DNA of 64,000 nt from Macrostomum lignano (taxonomy: Eukaryota): NCBI GenBank assembly GCA_002269645.1, contig NIVC01001938.1, forward strand, positions 124,001-188,000, in the 5' to 3' direction. Below, piece by piece: positions 1-12,057 of this stretch. The position numbers and the translations under genes were made by a program. The notes under the pieces are model-generated. The model saw only the letters and a list, made by a program, of their open reading frames with translations, did not search any database and was not told the origin of the DNA. Within the stretch, counting starts at the first letter, position 1; every line of letters starts with the position of its first letter.

Positions 1-29
1 TTAAATTTACTTTGGTTCACTTTGGTTTA

Positions 30-155
30 AGTGTCTATGGTCTCGTATTACTGGTCTGGTTTTAAGTGTCTATGGTCTCGTATTACTGGTCTGGGTTTAA
101 TTGTCTATGGTCTCGTATTACTGGTCTGGGTTTAATTGTCTATGGTCTCGTATTA
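30..155. repeat. ~35-bp tandem repeat (GTGTCTATGGTCTCGTATTACTGGTCTGGGTTTAA), ~4 copies
   Basis: Directly visible reiteration at the window start, next to the Crypton 3' flank. Confidence 0.85.
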
Positions 156-439
156 GTGGGGGCTCCGCCCCCACACCCCGGCAAGGGGACTGCGTCCCCT
201 TGACCCCTGCTTCCTACCACTCTTACTGTGTGCAAGAATGAATCCAACAACACTGCAATTTCCACACTCTGACTCGTGTGTCTCGTGCGCACTCGTGCTT
301 TTTGCCATAGACGCACTCGTTAGAGTGCGGAAATATACCATTGTCGTTTGACCACAGCGTGCAGGAATGATTTTTTCGATTTATTATCGTGCAGGAATGT
401 CTGTGTCTATGGTAGAAATCACTTGACATACGTTAGCTT

Positions 440-471
440 ATCGTGCAGGAATGACTTCATTCCTGCACGAT
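440..471. repeat. Perfect 15-bp-arm hairpin (ATCGTGCAGGAATGA-ct-TCATTCCTGCACGAT) in the Crypton 3' flank
   Basis: Arms are exact reverse complements. The CGTGCAGGAATG core recurs near 359, 388 and 2279. Confidence 0.85.
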
Positions 472-606
472 TTAACAATTTATTTTTACCTGGTAGAAGC
501 AACTGAATATGTAATCAATAACAATATGGAAGAACAAAAAGGATAATAAGTGGAACTAGGGAAACATTTAATGAGTCTATAGACCTACTCACACCCCTCT
601 CGGCAT

Positions 607-2203
607 TTACTCGAAAATAAACTGCACAACATTCGTTTCGCCGTTTGCCAAAATCTTCATCCGCTTAGTGGGGGCTGCTACAAGTGTGGTGGTCGATTCT
701 TCAACAACCAGTGACTTCTTGACAGTTGACATTGACGCTGATCCGCACGGGTCGGTAGTCGCAACAGCCCTTGTAGGAGCGTCGCTCAGGGCGCACGGGT
801 CGGTAGTTGTAACAGCCCTTGCAGGAGCTTCGCTCAATGTAGAACTTGGTGCCGGCATAGTTCCAGCTAGAGCGACTGTCAGCTGATCACTCATCCCTGC
901 CATGATCGAGTCCCTCTTCTTGCCTCTCCGGATGTATCGTTCTACCGACGCGCTATTCTGTGAATAGAGGTGGTGTTTAATAAATTCCTTGTCCATGTGT
1001 CAATAAACTTACTAAGAATAAAGAATTGCTCACCTTGTGACCTGTCACCTTCGCAATTTTTTCGACAGAAAAGCCAGCTTCATGCAGCTCCGTAACAACT
1101 GTAGGTCGCACACAATGCGGAGTGTACAGCTTGGACAGGTTAGCATTCGAAGAGATCTTCTTGAGCAACGGCCCCAAAGTGTTGATTCCAACTGGTACTT
1201 TGGTGTACCAGATGCCATCCGCATTCACTCGTGGTTTCGGACGCAGAAAGAAGTCCTCCTGATTCCAACCCGGCACGGCAGTAATTTTCGACAAATAAAG
1301 CTGGAAGGCCTGAACTGGACAGTGCCTTGACTCCGGCTTGGCCACCATCAAGGCCTGTTTATTGTCGTCGCAGAGTCGCATGTCACTCAAGCCTTTTACA
1401 TTCTTTGAGGTGCTGCCTTGCAACTCGATCGCCATAGCTCCGTTTGATAGGGCCTTCTCTCGGAATGAACGAACAGTGAGACCTCGTAGCCATTCTCTGC
1501 CGCGATTGCCGAAATAAAATAACACATTGAAATATACCTCTTCTTGCAAACGTGTTGGAGTGCTTCTGTCGAAGTAAGAAGCAAGCTTGACAAGGTCGTC
1601 CGACTCAATGGCTTCGTAATGCTGCACTCGACCACCGGACTTCAAATACGCATTGCAAACATTCTTCACCATCAAATTCGCGCTATGAAAAGCCTCGTGA
1701 GCGATGATATTGAGGCCACGTAATTTCATAAAGTACCTGAACAGTGCGGCTCGAATTCCTACGATTGTATTCGGCGAATAGAAGCTGCCGTCTGACTTAC
1801 GCAGAGTCGCATAGAAGTAGCGGACCCATTTGGCAATTTATTCCACCGAAGCAGTCGCGTAATCCACTTTTACATTATTCTCCGCCAACCAGGCCGTCAA
1901 GCGGTTGATCACAGCTTTCTCCTTAGAGACAGTCGAATGACATTCGTTGTCTCGTTCCAGTTGAGCGGCCAGACTTTCCAATTCGTCAAGGTTACACAAG
2001 GTTTCCGGATCCGAGCTGAAAAGTTTCTCTAATTCCTCGCTGAACGTGCAATCCGCTATCAGTGCAGTCAAATAGTCGCCCGTCCTCTCAAAGTTGCTGG
2101 ACACACTTTCAATAAACATTTCGTCGCCACTTAATCCAGACACCGTAGCGTAGCGAAAATCAATTAATGGAGGATTCAGAGCCGAGTCGATTACAGACGC
2201 CAT
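607..2203 (-). mobile_element. Crypton-type tyrosine recombinase (DUF3504-like) gene, one intron, one premature stop
   Basis: ORF 1838..2209 and ORF 977..1729 are in the same frame, separated by one TAA at 1840-1838 (..ASVE*IAKWVRYFYATLRKSDGSFYSPNT..). YR-like motifs: FYFGNRGRE, WYTKVPVGINTL, YTPHCVRPTVVTEL..GF..IAKVTGHK. A 76-nt GT-AG intron (1033-958; AAG|gtgagc..ttcacag|AAT) joins VTGHK to NSASVERY, supplying the catalytic Tyr. Stop at 609-607. Confidence 0.85.
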
Positions 2204-3067
2204 AGTCAATAAGCTTTATACACTTTTCTATAAACTCTCCACTCAATTTTCATCTCTTCTTAACGTTTCTCGAAAACCGTGCAGGAATGACTTTGTCTAT
2301 GGTCAAAAGACAATGATTTTCCTACACGCAATTGCGCACTCGCCATTGACGCCATTGCCATTGCCATTGCCATTGACTCGCCATTGCCATTGACGCACTC
2401 GTTTTCGTGTAGGAATATTACATTCTTCTTGGGCAAACTAAAATCGAATGCAGCTTTCGGAGATTAGTCCATGGCTCAAGCTGGGGATCATAATAGGACA
2501 TGGTTAGGCATCAGTTCCCTTGGGAAAAATAGATTGCTCTGTTTTGTCAAACTAGATAGCAAAAAATTGGTATAATATTCGCGCACTGTGAAGAGACGTT
2601 AAGCCTGAGGGCAAATATTTGCAATCCTGCTGCGCCGGAACTTTGTCCACGCAGCTCTGCAGAACACTCTAAATAACTGGGGGTGGGACTGCATTTGTCA
2701 GAGTAAAATTTGTTTGCCAATTCTACATTCTCGTGAGCGCAACGAGTGTGCGGTATGCTATTGGTCGTCTAATTAGACTATATACGTAGCAATTAGTGCT
2801 ATATGCTTGTTAGGAACTAAGAGAGAAATTCATTTTATTGGTAATTCTTAGAAGCAGCTAAACCGGCTCTCTAATATGTACATGGCAGTGAGTGTTGCAG
2901 TTAGCACAGCGTCAAGTGTAAATTTGCCAAAATGCAGTCTCGTTATAGGCGTGAAACCGTGTCGTGCGTTTCGTGTCCGCCCGAGCTGAGTTTGCACCGA
3001 ATTAATGAACTTTTGGCCATAAACATTCTCAGTAGGCGGGCAATCTCGTTTCAACTGGCTGAATATA

Positions 3068-3978
3068 CCTTTTAACATTTTTTGGACATAAGTGAAGTTT
3101 ATTTAGCCTTTGACCAGCTCAGTCCTAGAAAAGTGAGTTTGATTTAGTCAGCACTCGGGGTTTACCATAGACTATAGTAAAGAAATAAAATCGATTTAGT
3201 CAAGTTCCGCTAAATTCAAATTCAAATTGAAATTCAAATTAAAATTCGTTTGAAAAGTTACGAAAGTGAAACTTTTCAAAAGTTTTTCAAAAGTGTACAC
3301 TTTTGAAACTTTTCAAACTTTTGTTTTCAAAAGTGTAACAAAAGTGTAACTTTTGTAACTTACAAAAGTTACAAAGTGAATTTTATTTAGTCGTTAGCTT
3401 TGATAAGATACATGTACGAGTAGTTAAACAAGAACAATACAAACAAACACAGACACAACAAATTATTGTTACGACGCTTCACTCTTCAATTCAATCAACG
3501 ATGTCTTCCCATGGCAATGTAGCGGGGTATGTACCGAAGGCTCTCACGATGCCAGGCTTCGCAGTGAGGCTGTGTGACAGCTGCCATATACTGGCCTCCA
3601 GTTCACGCTCAAGAATGCGGGCGCGGTGTTCTTGTAGAGTTCTGGTGTTCTGGCAGACTGACGTTGGATGTTTAGCTGTCTCCCTGGTTGCTGCCAATCG
3701 GCATTTCCAATAAAGGCGTCGATGGGTCTTCGCCGGTCCTGCTCAGAGATGGTGACTCTGCGAATGCCTGCAGCTGCCGCCATGAAAATAAAATTCACTT
3801 TGACTAAAATCTTGTCATGGAAGGGTTTAAATACGTGGCACTTAACTAAATCGAGTTCATTTCTTTACTATAGTTTATGGTAAACCCCGAATGCTGACTA
3901 AACCAAACTCTTTTTTCGAGGACTGAGCTGGCCAAAGACTAAATAAACTTCACTTATGTCCAAAAAACTGTTAAAAGG
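3068..3978 (-). mobile_element. Internally deleted Tc1/mariner-like DNA transposon with ~140-bp TIRs
   Basis: 3068-3205 and 3841-3978 are ~90% reverse complements, and both ends are flanked by TA(TA). The internal minus-strand fragment ISEQDRRRPIDAFIGNADWQQPGRQLNIQRQSAR resembles the N-terminal HTH of IS630/Tc1-mariner transposases. No DDE domain is present. Confidence 0.7.
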
Positions 3979-5139
3979 TATATAACATGTATATTACAAT
4001 GTGACAAATCTATGTATGGCGCCACAGCTATGCGGTGCCCAAGCAGGTTACTGACAAGCAAGCCTTTTCGTTCAGGTCATTTCGTTCGAAAGGCAAGAAA
4101 GACACTTCGTCTTTTTCGCGCGTTAGATTTTTTATTGTTTCTTATTTGTCTTTGCGTAATTTGTCTAAATTATTTAATTCCAATTTTTTAAACTATAAAA
4201 TACGCAGTAAGAGAGACTAGTAGGTTTTATTTAAGCTTAGATAGCGTTAGGCCGTACGAATAGCTGAGCATTTGCCATGCGACTCACATTTACACAGATC
4301 TGTATAAATCTATAATATTTAGCATTTAGTTACCATGAGGAGTTGTACCATGACTACGTGGCTATCGGGCGGGTTGATATTCGATTATTGCCATAGACGA
4401 TTTCATTTTGGCCCGAAAAGCATGGCCGATAATGGATTATTTCCTTTATTCTTTCTCTATAGTTGAACTGTATAGTTTCTCACTAAATCATTCTGTCTAT
4501 GGTTGAAATGTGGTGGCTTCGCCCCCACACCACCATGCCCATATTCATCAATGCAGCTCATACGCTCGTACAACTCAGTCACATAGTCTATGGCACAATT
4601 ACAGTATTACCCAGGCTTTAAGGGCGATAATGGGAAAGCCAGAGGGTGCCGAAAATCCCCCAAATTTGAATGGTATGGTAGCCCCGGACGAGTGTCTATT
4701 GTCGCGCGAGTTTTTATGTATCCCCCACTTGCCCCGGGCGAACGTCTATGGTCTCAGTGTAAATTTCATTTATTTGCATCGGTGCAAATAAACGGTTTAT
4801 TTCACTCGCCCAAAGACAATATTAAAACGCTGCTTCTAACTGCTCACTTGGCTACATAGAGAGAATTGTCTGAAACAGCAAATTTCACTTTTATTTTCTT
4901 CAGCAAATGACCTTCAATATATAGGCTTTGTACGCACCTCCAGAATGAAACTTTTAAGGAGGTAATTTAGATCAATCTTCGACAGTTCGCTGATCTCCTT
5001 CAAACCATTAGCGAGGATCCACCTCCAGTGCACCAGGCCGCTTTCTTCGTTTCGTGCCATTCAATATTCAATATTTCTCAGTCCTGCTACAGTTGTATTT
5101 AACGAATGTAAACTAACAAAACCAACAGCAAAATGAAGT

Positions 5140-5570
5140 TCAGCATAGTAAGAAATAGAAGCCTTTTCTAAGCACTCCCTCAAAGACGATTTCAACAGTG
5201 TTAGTGTTACCGTTGATGTTAAGCCTCCTTTTCTTTGCAGGATTAGCACTCACTACGTTGCTTTGTTCCATAGCTTCAACAGAGCGTTCAGGCTCGGTTG
5301 CAATGAACGGACTTGATGACTGACCACAAGAAGACCAGAAGTGCACTTTAACATGGTCTTGTACGTCAAACTGAATATAGCGCTCAATAGCTGTCGAAGA
5401 GTGTCCTGTAACATGAGCGACGTCCTCTCTAGCGAAGCCAGCACGGTGTAGAGTACTTGCGCAAGTCTTGCGTAGAGACTGATTAGTGTACCTTTCAGTC
5501 ACTCCAGTTAGGGGAGCCGTTAATTCACGAACAATACCATCCAAGCTGTGCCGGCCGACGGGTGCAACTA
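5140..5570 (-). pseudogene. 5'-truncated Crypton-type tyrosine recombinase fragment
   Basis: PVGRHSLDGIV..YTNQSLRKTCASTLHRAGF..DVAHVTGHSSTAIERY matches the YR C-terminal box. The tail KKRRLNINGNTNTVEIVFE parallels KRMKILANGETNVVQFIFE of the first Crypton. Confidence 0.75.
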
Positions 5571-5625
5571 CCAGCAGCAGGATTCGTTGCAGCGGATTAT
5601 TTACTTTCAAAATATCTTAACACTA

Positions 5626-5840
5626 CACATTTTACGTTCAATTTTTATCAAAGTCCAGTTCTAAAAAAACTAGCGGAAATTCAATTCAGTCAATTCAGAC
5701 TGGGGCCCAGTCTAACCCCAGCTCAAAACATTCTAACCGAAGTAAGGTTTAGCCATAGACAAAATTATCCTCAGTCTGAATTGAATTTCCGCTAGTTTTT
5801 TTAGAACTGGACTTTGATCAAAATTGAACGTGAAAAGGTG
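5626..5840. mobile_element. 215-bp MITE with ~64-bp TIRs and TA TSD
   Basis: CACATTTTACGTTCAATTTTTATCAAAGTCCAGTTCTAAAAAAACTAGCGGAAATTCAATTCAG is mirrored at about 5776-5840. TA at 5624-25 and 5841-42. Confidence 0.8.
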
Positions 5841-6358
5841 TAAATCTAAGTCGTCTTGCATTGTAAAATGTTACTATTATGTAGGAGACGAAAAAAATGG
5901 ATGAACTGCTGCAGTTAGATTCACAACACTTTAGCCACTCAGTCACATGGCTTGCGCCATAGACTAACTGTACTGGATATTGATGCGTCTTTTGGCTTTC
6001 AGTAGGTTAAATATTTTCTCTTCCTTTCTCCAAGTATGTCTATGGAAAAAAGCGCTCACTAGGAAAACGAGGAGAATGTATACATCTCCATATGAACCTC
6101 AGTAGAAAAGTTCGGACTATCGTGAGACATTTATAAAAGCCAAGGACCACTGAAGTATAACAGGATGTAAAACTCAAAGCTCGTGTCATTTTTATGGGCC
6201 AATTTCCCGGAAAACATACACTGCGGTGCAAAGATCGGAACAATCATTTTTATCACAAAATCAATGATTTTATTTGATCTGGGGGAGTAGGGCTTTACGT
6301 CCTGTTATGCCACAGTGTCATCCTTGTCTCACAAATAGAGTTTTATTAACAGTGCCAG

Positions 6359-7591
6359 CTACAGCTTGCATTTGAGAATTGGCAAAATTGACGATATGTT
6401 TAAACTGCAGGCCAGATCCATGCTGTCCGAGTAGCTCAAGTGCAGGAACCTGTGCACCGTGTACGAGCTCTTCGGAATGCGCTTCGTCTGGAATTTTTGA
6501 CGAATCAGACGCTTGCAGTGGCGACGTTGAACTTTTAGAAGCTTGTCCGGCCTCTGGCAGAACTTGATCAGCTTCTTGGGAACGAATACCTCGTCCCAGA
6601 TGGGCTGGAATGCGTCACCCCTGGCCAGCATGTTGCCGCACCAGTCGGCTGGCTGGCTGCTCGGCTTCAGCGAGGCATATCGTTTGTAGAATGCCTGCAG
6701 CATTATGGGCCCGGTCACCATTACCGCGTCGAAGTGGGTCCTGTTCACTCTCCTGGCCCAATTCCGCTCGAACCATTTCGGCCAGTTCTTCAGCACGAAG
6801 CTCAGGAAGCTGTGATTCGCTCGGCTCATCATCACCGCATTCGATATCATCGAGGTTAGGTTGAAAAGGAACACTGGATGCTCTATTGGCTCCTGACTCC
6901 ACACGGCTGACTCACAGTCGAAGTTCGGAGTCAGCCCCGCTTCCTGAAGCTGCGACGGTCTCAGCAGCGGTGTCGGATCTCGAAGCAGCTCCACATCCGT
7001 GTCGATGTACAGACCGCCGACGTGGTGCAGCACGACCAGACGGCCGATGTCCGATCGCTCCAGCCCGTTGACCAGCTTGCGGTAGCTTTGAACAAGGTAC
7101 GGATAGTGCTTCGAGATGAGCTCGGAGATCTGCTTGTCGTCCCAATGCATGAAGTACCAGCGGTCAGCGAGGAATCCGTCCGTATTCGAGCTGTTTCTGT
7201 CAGCGCTGCTGCTATCGTTGAGTCTGACATCGAGCAGTCGCCTCCATGAGCGCACAATGGGAACCAGCTTGGCTGGCACTCGACCGTCTTTGCTGGTCCA
7301 GTGCACCAGCGGCGGGATGGAGTCCGGGAAGCGGTAGGGCAGCTCGCCACAAGTTCGACTGAAGGGTGAAGGCGTTAGCCGTGTAATGTTTATCGTTGAG
7401 TTGTCCGCGGGATCCGTGTCATCGAGACATTCGATGGGCTTAAAGAACTTTTCCGCCATTAAATTCGTAAGAAGAAGCAGATTGAATGCAGATAGCAGCG
7501 TCAGAATGAGCAACATGCTTCGGCTTTTGCCGGGCCTTGTCCAACGGATAAGCATTCTAGTATTAGAAACAGCGATGTAATCTGTAAACAT
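6359..7591 (-). CDS. GT32-family (DXD sugar-binding, OCH1/SUR1-like) glycosyltransferase, copy 1
   Basis: 410-aa open frame with an N-terminal TM anchor (MLLILTLLSAFNLLLL), IPPLVHWT, RSDIGRLVVLHHVGGLYIDTD (DXD), ISNAVMMS and TGP motifs. The true start may be Met at 7555, or splicing into the acceptor at 7582. Confidence 0.85.
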   Translation of the reverse strand: MFTDYIAVSNTRMLIRWTRPGKSRSMLLILTLLSAFNLLLLTNLMAEKFFKPIECLDDTDPADNSTINITRLTPSPFSRTCGELPYRFPDSIPPLVHWTSKDGRVPAKLVPIVRSWRRLLDVRLNDSSSADRNSSNTDGFLADRWYFMHWDDKQISELISKHYPYLVQSYRKLVNGLERSDIGRLVVLHHVGGLYIDTDVELLRDPTPLLRPSQLQEAGLTPNFDCESAVWSQEPIEHPVFLFNLTSMISNAVMMSRANHSFLSFVLKNWPKWFERNWARRVNRTHFDAVMVTGPIMLQAFYKRYASLKPSSQPADWCGNMLARGDAFQPIWDEVFVPKKLIKFCQRPDKLLKVQRRHCKRLIRQKFQTKRIPKSSYTVHRFLHLSYSDSMDLACSLNISSILPILKCKL

Positions 7592-8804
7592 TTAGTAAGA
7601 TCTTCCAGCGAAGTCGGTCGAGCTGATTTGTAATAACACGTATTTATTTCATGTAAGAGCAATGCGATTGGTTTAAAGCTGCGGCTTAAATTTTCGATCT
7701 TAAGACAGTAGTTGAGAATACATCATCATTGAGCACATATAGCGCTATACTGTATTTTGAGTCCTAAGCAAATTCTTGTATTTACCAAACTATAAGCTGT
7801 TCGCCGTCTCAGTATGATATTTGTTCTCTGCACAGTTAGTTCCAAATGAAGGCAAACTATAATGAATGAGTCACAGTTTATCTGCATATTTGCATTACTG
7901 TATGTCTTCTTTCGAACTGCAATAGATGAGCTGCTGCAGTCTCGATCGAGCGTGCATCCATACGTAAATTCTTTTAAGATAACCTTCGCTTGGAAGCTCT
8001 AACTCGTTCGGTAAAAAAACACAGGTCGAGAGTGTTTGTCTACGCCACGCCCTTAATTACAATTATTTTAGCCTATCCATATATAGACTGTAAACGGCGG
8101 TATACCGTGTATACATGTACAAATCCGGCATTTTATTTCGGCACGTATTGTTACTGCCCAAGCGATAATGCCGAAAGAACTTGTAACTTAATTTTTTAAC
8201 TCGGAATTATGCTATCAACTCTCCCCTACATTGTAATCTCCGTGGGAGAGACTTTATGCCGATAGTCTAGTCTTTTAGTCTTCCCTGGTCGTGTGGTGTC
8301 CCCTTAGTGTTTTTCATCTTTTGCGTTGCAATCTCCTCCATGAATTTCCCCTAAAGAGCCGTATTTAAAAATTCATAAGTACGAGCGTATAAGAAAGTTC
8401 AAACGTTTCTGTAATTTTCTAAATCAAAGCCATATAAAGTTATATTTCCATAAGTTTGTAATTCGGCAGTTTGTGGCGGCCGTTCGACTGCTGCGTGAGC
8501 CAGACCTTCCCCATTGGGCTCGGCGGCACGGAGTCGTCCGTGTCCAGCTCCAACGCCGAGACAGCCGACGGCGATGTCGTGAACTCATTCGAAACAAACC
8601 TCATCGACCGTTCAATGGACACGACACGATACCACTGTCCAGTACCTGTTCGTGTCTAATCTGGACGCTGGAATCTGCGTTTTTAATCTCAACTCGATGA
8701 AGATTGTGGCGCATCGCGCTGAGATGGCGTTTTTTGTTGCTTCATGTTTGCAAACAAGTTTGTATTTAATGAAATATTGCTGAGCTGCTTTGGTCTGACT
8801 GGTA

Positions 8805-9648
8805 GGCTTTTAGCACCAGGGGCGCCAGAACCAGGGGCGTCAGCACCAGAGGCTTTAGCACCAGGGGCGTCAGCACCAGAGGGTTTAGCACCAGGGGCGC
8901 CAGCCCCAGGGGCGCCAGCACCAGGGGCGCCAGCCCCAGGGGCGCCAGCACCAGGGGCGCCAGCCTAATTTTTCCTGGTACGACATTTTTCCACCTTTGC
9001 GATCATCACGGCGCTCGTTGCGAAGCCGCACCTTGTCACCAACTTTGAAGTCGCAGAACTTGGCCGCTCCCAGTCGCTGCTGGTGTGTGCGCACCATGAT
9101 GCGCCAGCACCAGGGGCGCCAGAACCAGGGGCGTCAGCACCAGAGGCTTTAGCACCAGGGGCTTTAGCACCAGAGGGTTTAACACCAGGGGCTTTAGCAC
9201 CAGGGGCTTTAGCACCAGGGGCTTTAGCACCAGGGGCTTTAGCACCAGGGGCTTTAGCACCAGGGGCTTTAGCACCAGGGGCTTTAGCACCAGAGGCTTT
9301 AGCACCAGGGGCTTTAGCACCAGGGGCTTTAGCACCAGGGGCTTTAGCACCAGGGGCGCCAGCACCAGGGGCTTTAGCACCAGGGGCTTTAGCACCAGGG
9401 GCTTTAGCACCAGGGGCGCCAGCACCAGAGGCGCCAGCACCAGGGGCTTTAGCACCAGGGGCTTTAGCACCAGGGGCGCCAGCACCAGGGGCGCCAGCAC
9501 CAGGGGCGCCAGCACCAGGGGCGCCAGCACCAGGGGCGCCAGCACCAGGGGCGCCAGCACCAGGGGCGCCAGCACCAGGGGCGCCAGCACCAGGGGCGCC
9601 AGCACCAGGGGCGCCAGCACCAGGGGCGCCAGCACCAGGGGCGCCAGC
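8805..9648. repeat. 15-bp GC-rich minisatellite (GCACCAGGGGCTTTA / GCACCAGGGGCGCCA) in two blocks
   Basis: Blocks at about 8805-8964 and 9098-9648. Each is followed by the same ~135-bp unique segment (8965 and 9649), i.e. a local 684-bp tandem duplication. Confidence 0.9.
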
Positions 9649-9960
9649 CTAATTTTTCCTGGTACGACATTTTTCCACCTTTGCGATCATCACGGCGCTC
9701 GTTGCGAAGCCGCACCTTGTCACCAACTTTGAAATCGCAGAACTTGGCCGCTCCCAGTCGCTGCTGGTGTGTGCGCACCATGATGCGCTGAGCTCGGCGA
9801 ATTCAGCGATACAGTCGAAGCTTGGTTCGCGCGCGCTCTTCATCCTTGATGCGCAGCCAGTCACGATCCAGTCGAGTTTGGCTCTAGGTAGCGCCTGTCT
9901 GCCGATCTCCACCAGCGAAATCGGAAGGAAGAACAGCAGTGTGCTCAGTTACTCGGGAAT
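9649..9960 (-). mobile_element. Degenerate Ginger/Gypsy-like integrase C-terminal fragment
   Basis: Minus frame reads IRRAQRIMVRTHQQRLGAAKFCDFKVGDKVRLRNERRDDRKGGKM, resembling the region before the GPY/F motif (AQ..Q..Y....F.VGD.V.L.N.RR..RKGGK). Part of it is duplicated at 8965-9097. Confidence 0.55.
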
Positions 9961-12057
9961 GCCGACGTAAGAATTGGATAGCAAATAATGAAAAATCTCA
10001 TTTAGCTAGCCAGTTGCCATTGTATTGTGGTCAGCAATGAATAATTTTTTTATTTAGGACTTGTGACTTGGTGCACGTCAATCAAATAAAGCTGAATTCT
10101 ATTGCTCGGCTAAGTCTTGGCTCTAAAACCCACCGATTCTAACGTAAATCAGTGAGTTGAAATTCAGATTCAGAACATTGCGTCACCAGTATATTTCAGA
10201 GCTACTTCATAGTGCTGCAAGACCTAGCTGGGGCTTAAAGCTTAAATACAGTGGGGTCGAACTAAGCTGTCGTAGCGTAAGTTTGATCATACGTCGGAAC
10301 TTTTACTTAGTTTTAGTTTTAGTTAAGAACGATCTTATCTTACGATGGCTCTATGGAACGGGCCCAGTGTAAATTGCCTGCGCTAATGTGCAAGGTGCGT
10401 GTAGGTTTGCGATGCGAAAGTGTGCTCACCGAACGTGTAAGTGGGGGAGGGTACCAGTAAGGGAGAGACTAGAAAGTCCGACTATGATGTCGTGACTTGC
10501 GCTGCAGTCTCCCCTAGGGACGATCGGGCTGCATGAAAACACCTGTGCAAACCCCTCGTCCCCTAGACTTTATCCGCCTCTGGATGGTGCGGTAGCTGAC
10601 GTTGCGGCCAAGATTATCTAGACAGCAGGCTCGGATTGTTTGAAGGTACTGGCCGCCACCAGTCACCTGTGAAGGAGTACACCCGGTAGAAATTCCCACT
10701 AATGAGACGGGACTTCCGGTCTGTAACAGACGAAGGTTCTTGACCCCAACTGCCCGATGAAATGGCCGAAAAAGGGACTATATGCGAGGCCATGCAAGGA
10801 CAGTCTAGTCAGTGCTGGAAACGAGGATTATTTAGTTAAATTCGGCTCATACTCGGTGATCTTCCCCTCTGATCCTCATCTTCTATTCCATGCCCTGCGA
10901 CAGTCGCACTCAATACCACGTCTCATAGTAAATAAAGCAGACAGAAGCGAACGAGGTGAATAGCTATAAATACCCTGAACAGTGTTGGGCAAAGTTCCGG
11001 CACTTCCGGCAAGTATTTGTAGTTACTTCTGGCAAGTAACTAAAAGTAACTTTTAGTACCGGAAGTTACTTTTTTTAAAGCGGCACTTTTTCGGGTTCTT
11101 TTTTTAGAACGCCGGACTTTGGTAACGGAATTGTTACTTTTTGATAAGTCCGGTCATCCGGTACTTGAAAATGAAATTTTAGGTGCCAAACAGCCATTTA
11201 GCACTAAAAATTTTCAAAAAGCGAAAAATTTTCACCAAAATCCTCGTAGTAAAATTATAAAAAGGTAAAAAATTGATCCCAGATCATGTGGTTTTATTAC
11301 TTTTTAAGTTAAAGAACGTTTTAAGCACCATATTGAATCATAGAATGAAGTAATTATTAGTAACTACTATTTGCTGAAACAAGACACATTCAAAATAATA
11401 AAATCCTTGTTTAACAACCCCTTGGAAGTTTTCTAACCAGGATAACTAGCAGTACATCTGGACGCTACACTCGCGATTCGTGGAACATTTTTGAAGGCCG
11501 ATTTCTTCATTTCAATGTTCGTGCAGGACGACACGAGTGATGCATTCTAAAGGTGTTTTGACTTTTAACAGGCTAAATTTTCTAATTGCAGCGCAAAGGC
11601 ACTAAGCAAGTTATTTAAAGTCTTGTGCGCTGGTCCATCTAAATTAAATTCCAGCCATTTGTTGTCCGGTATCCTTTTTGTTAATTGTTAACTGGCATTT
11701 CTAAGGCTGACAGAATATTATTTTTGATTCTAAATGGCTCAGCAGTACAAAAGTATACTTACACTACTGTAAAAATATAGCTGCTGTAAAACTACAGCAA
11801 AATACCACAGTAGGGCGACAAGAATGGCCCGCACAAACTAAAAGTCGAGCCTAAAGTATTCTACACTGATCATTGTGACACATCTATTGGACAAAAATTA
11901 TCTCCATACATACTTCTGATGAGTCAGAATCAACATTTGAAGATCGGCCTCTAAAAGTTTTTCTGCGAATCGCGACTGTATCGTCCTGGTGTACTGCTAA
12001 TCTTTGTTTAAAGGTGTCATTTATTCACTCAAAGGGGATGTCAACTTAAGCACCAGA

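Noticed and set aside
8744-9781. Pro/Gly/Ala-rich collagen- or elastin-like ORFs, and a CRISPR-like repeat/spacer look
   Set aside because: Products of a 15-bp minisatellite. The two 'spacers' are identical duplicated sequence, the context is eukaryotic, and there are no cas genes.
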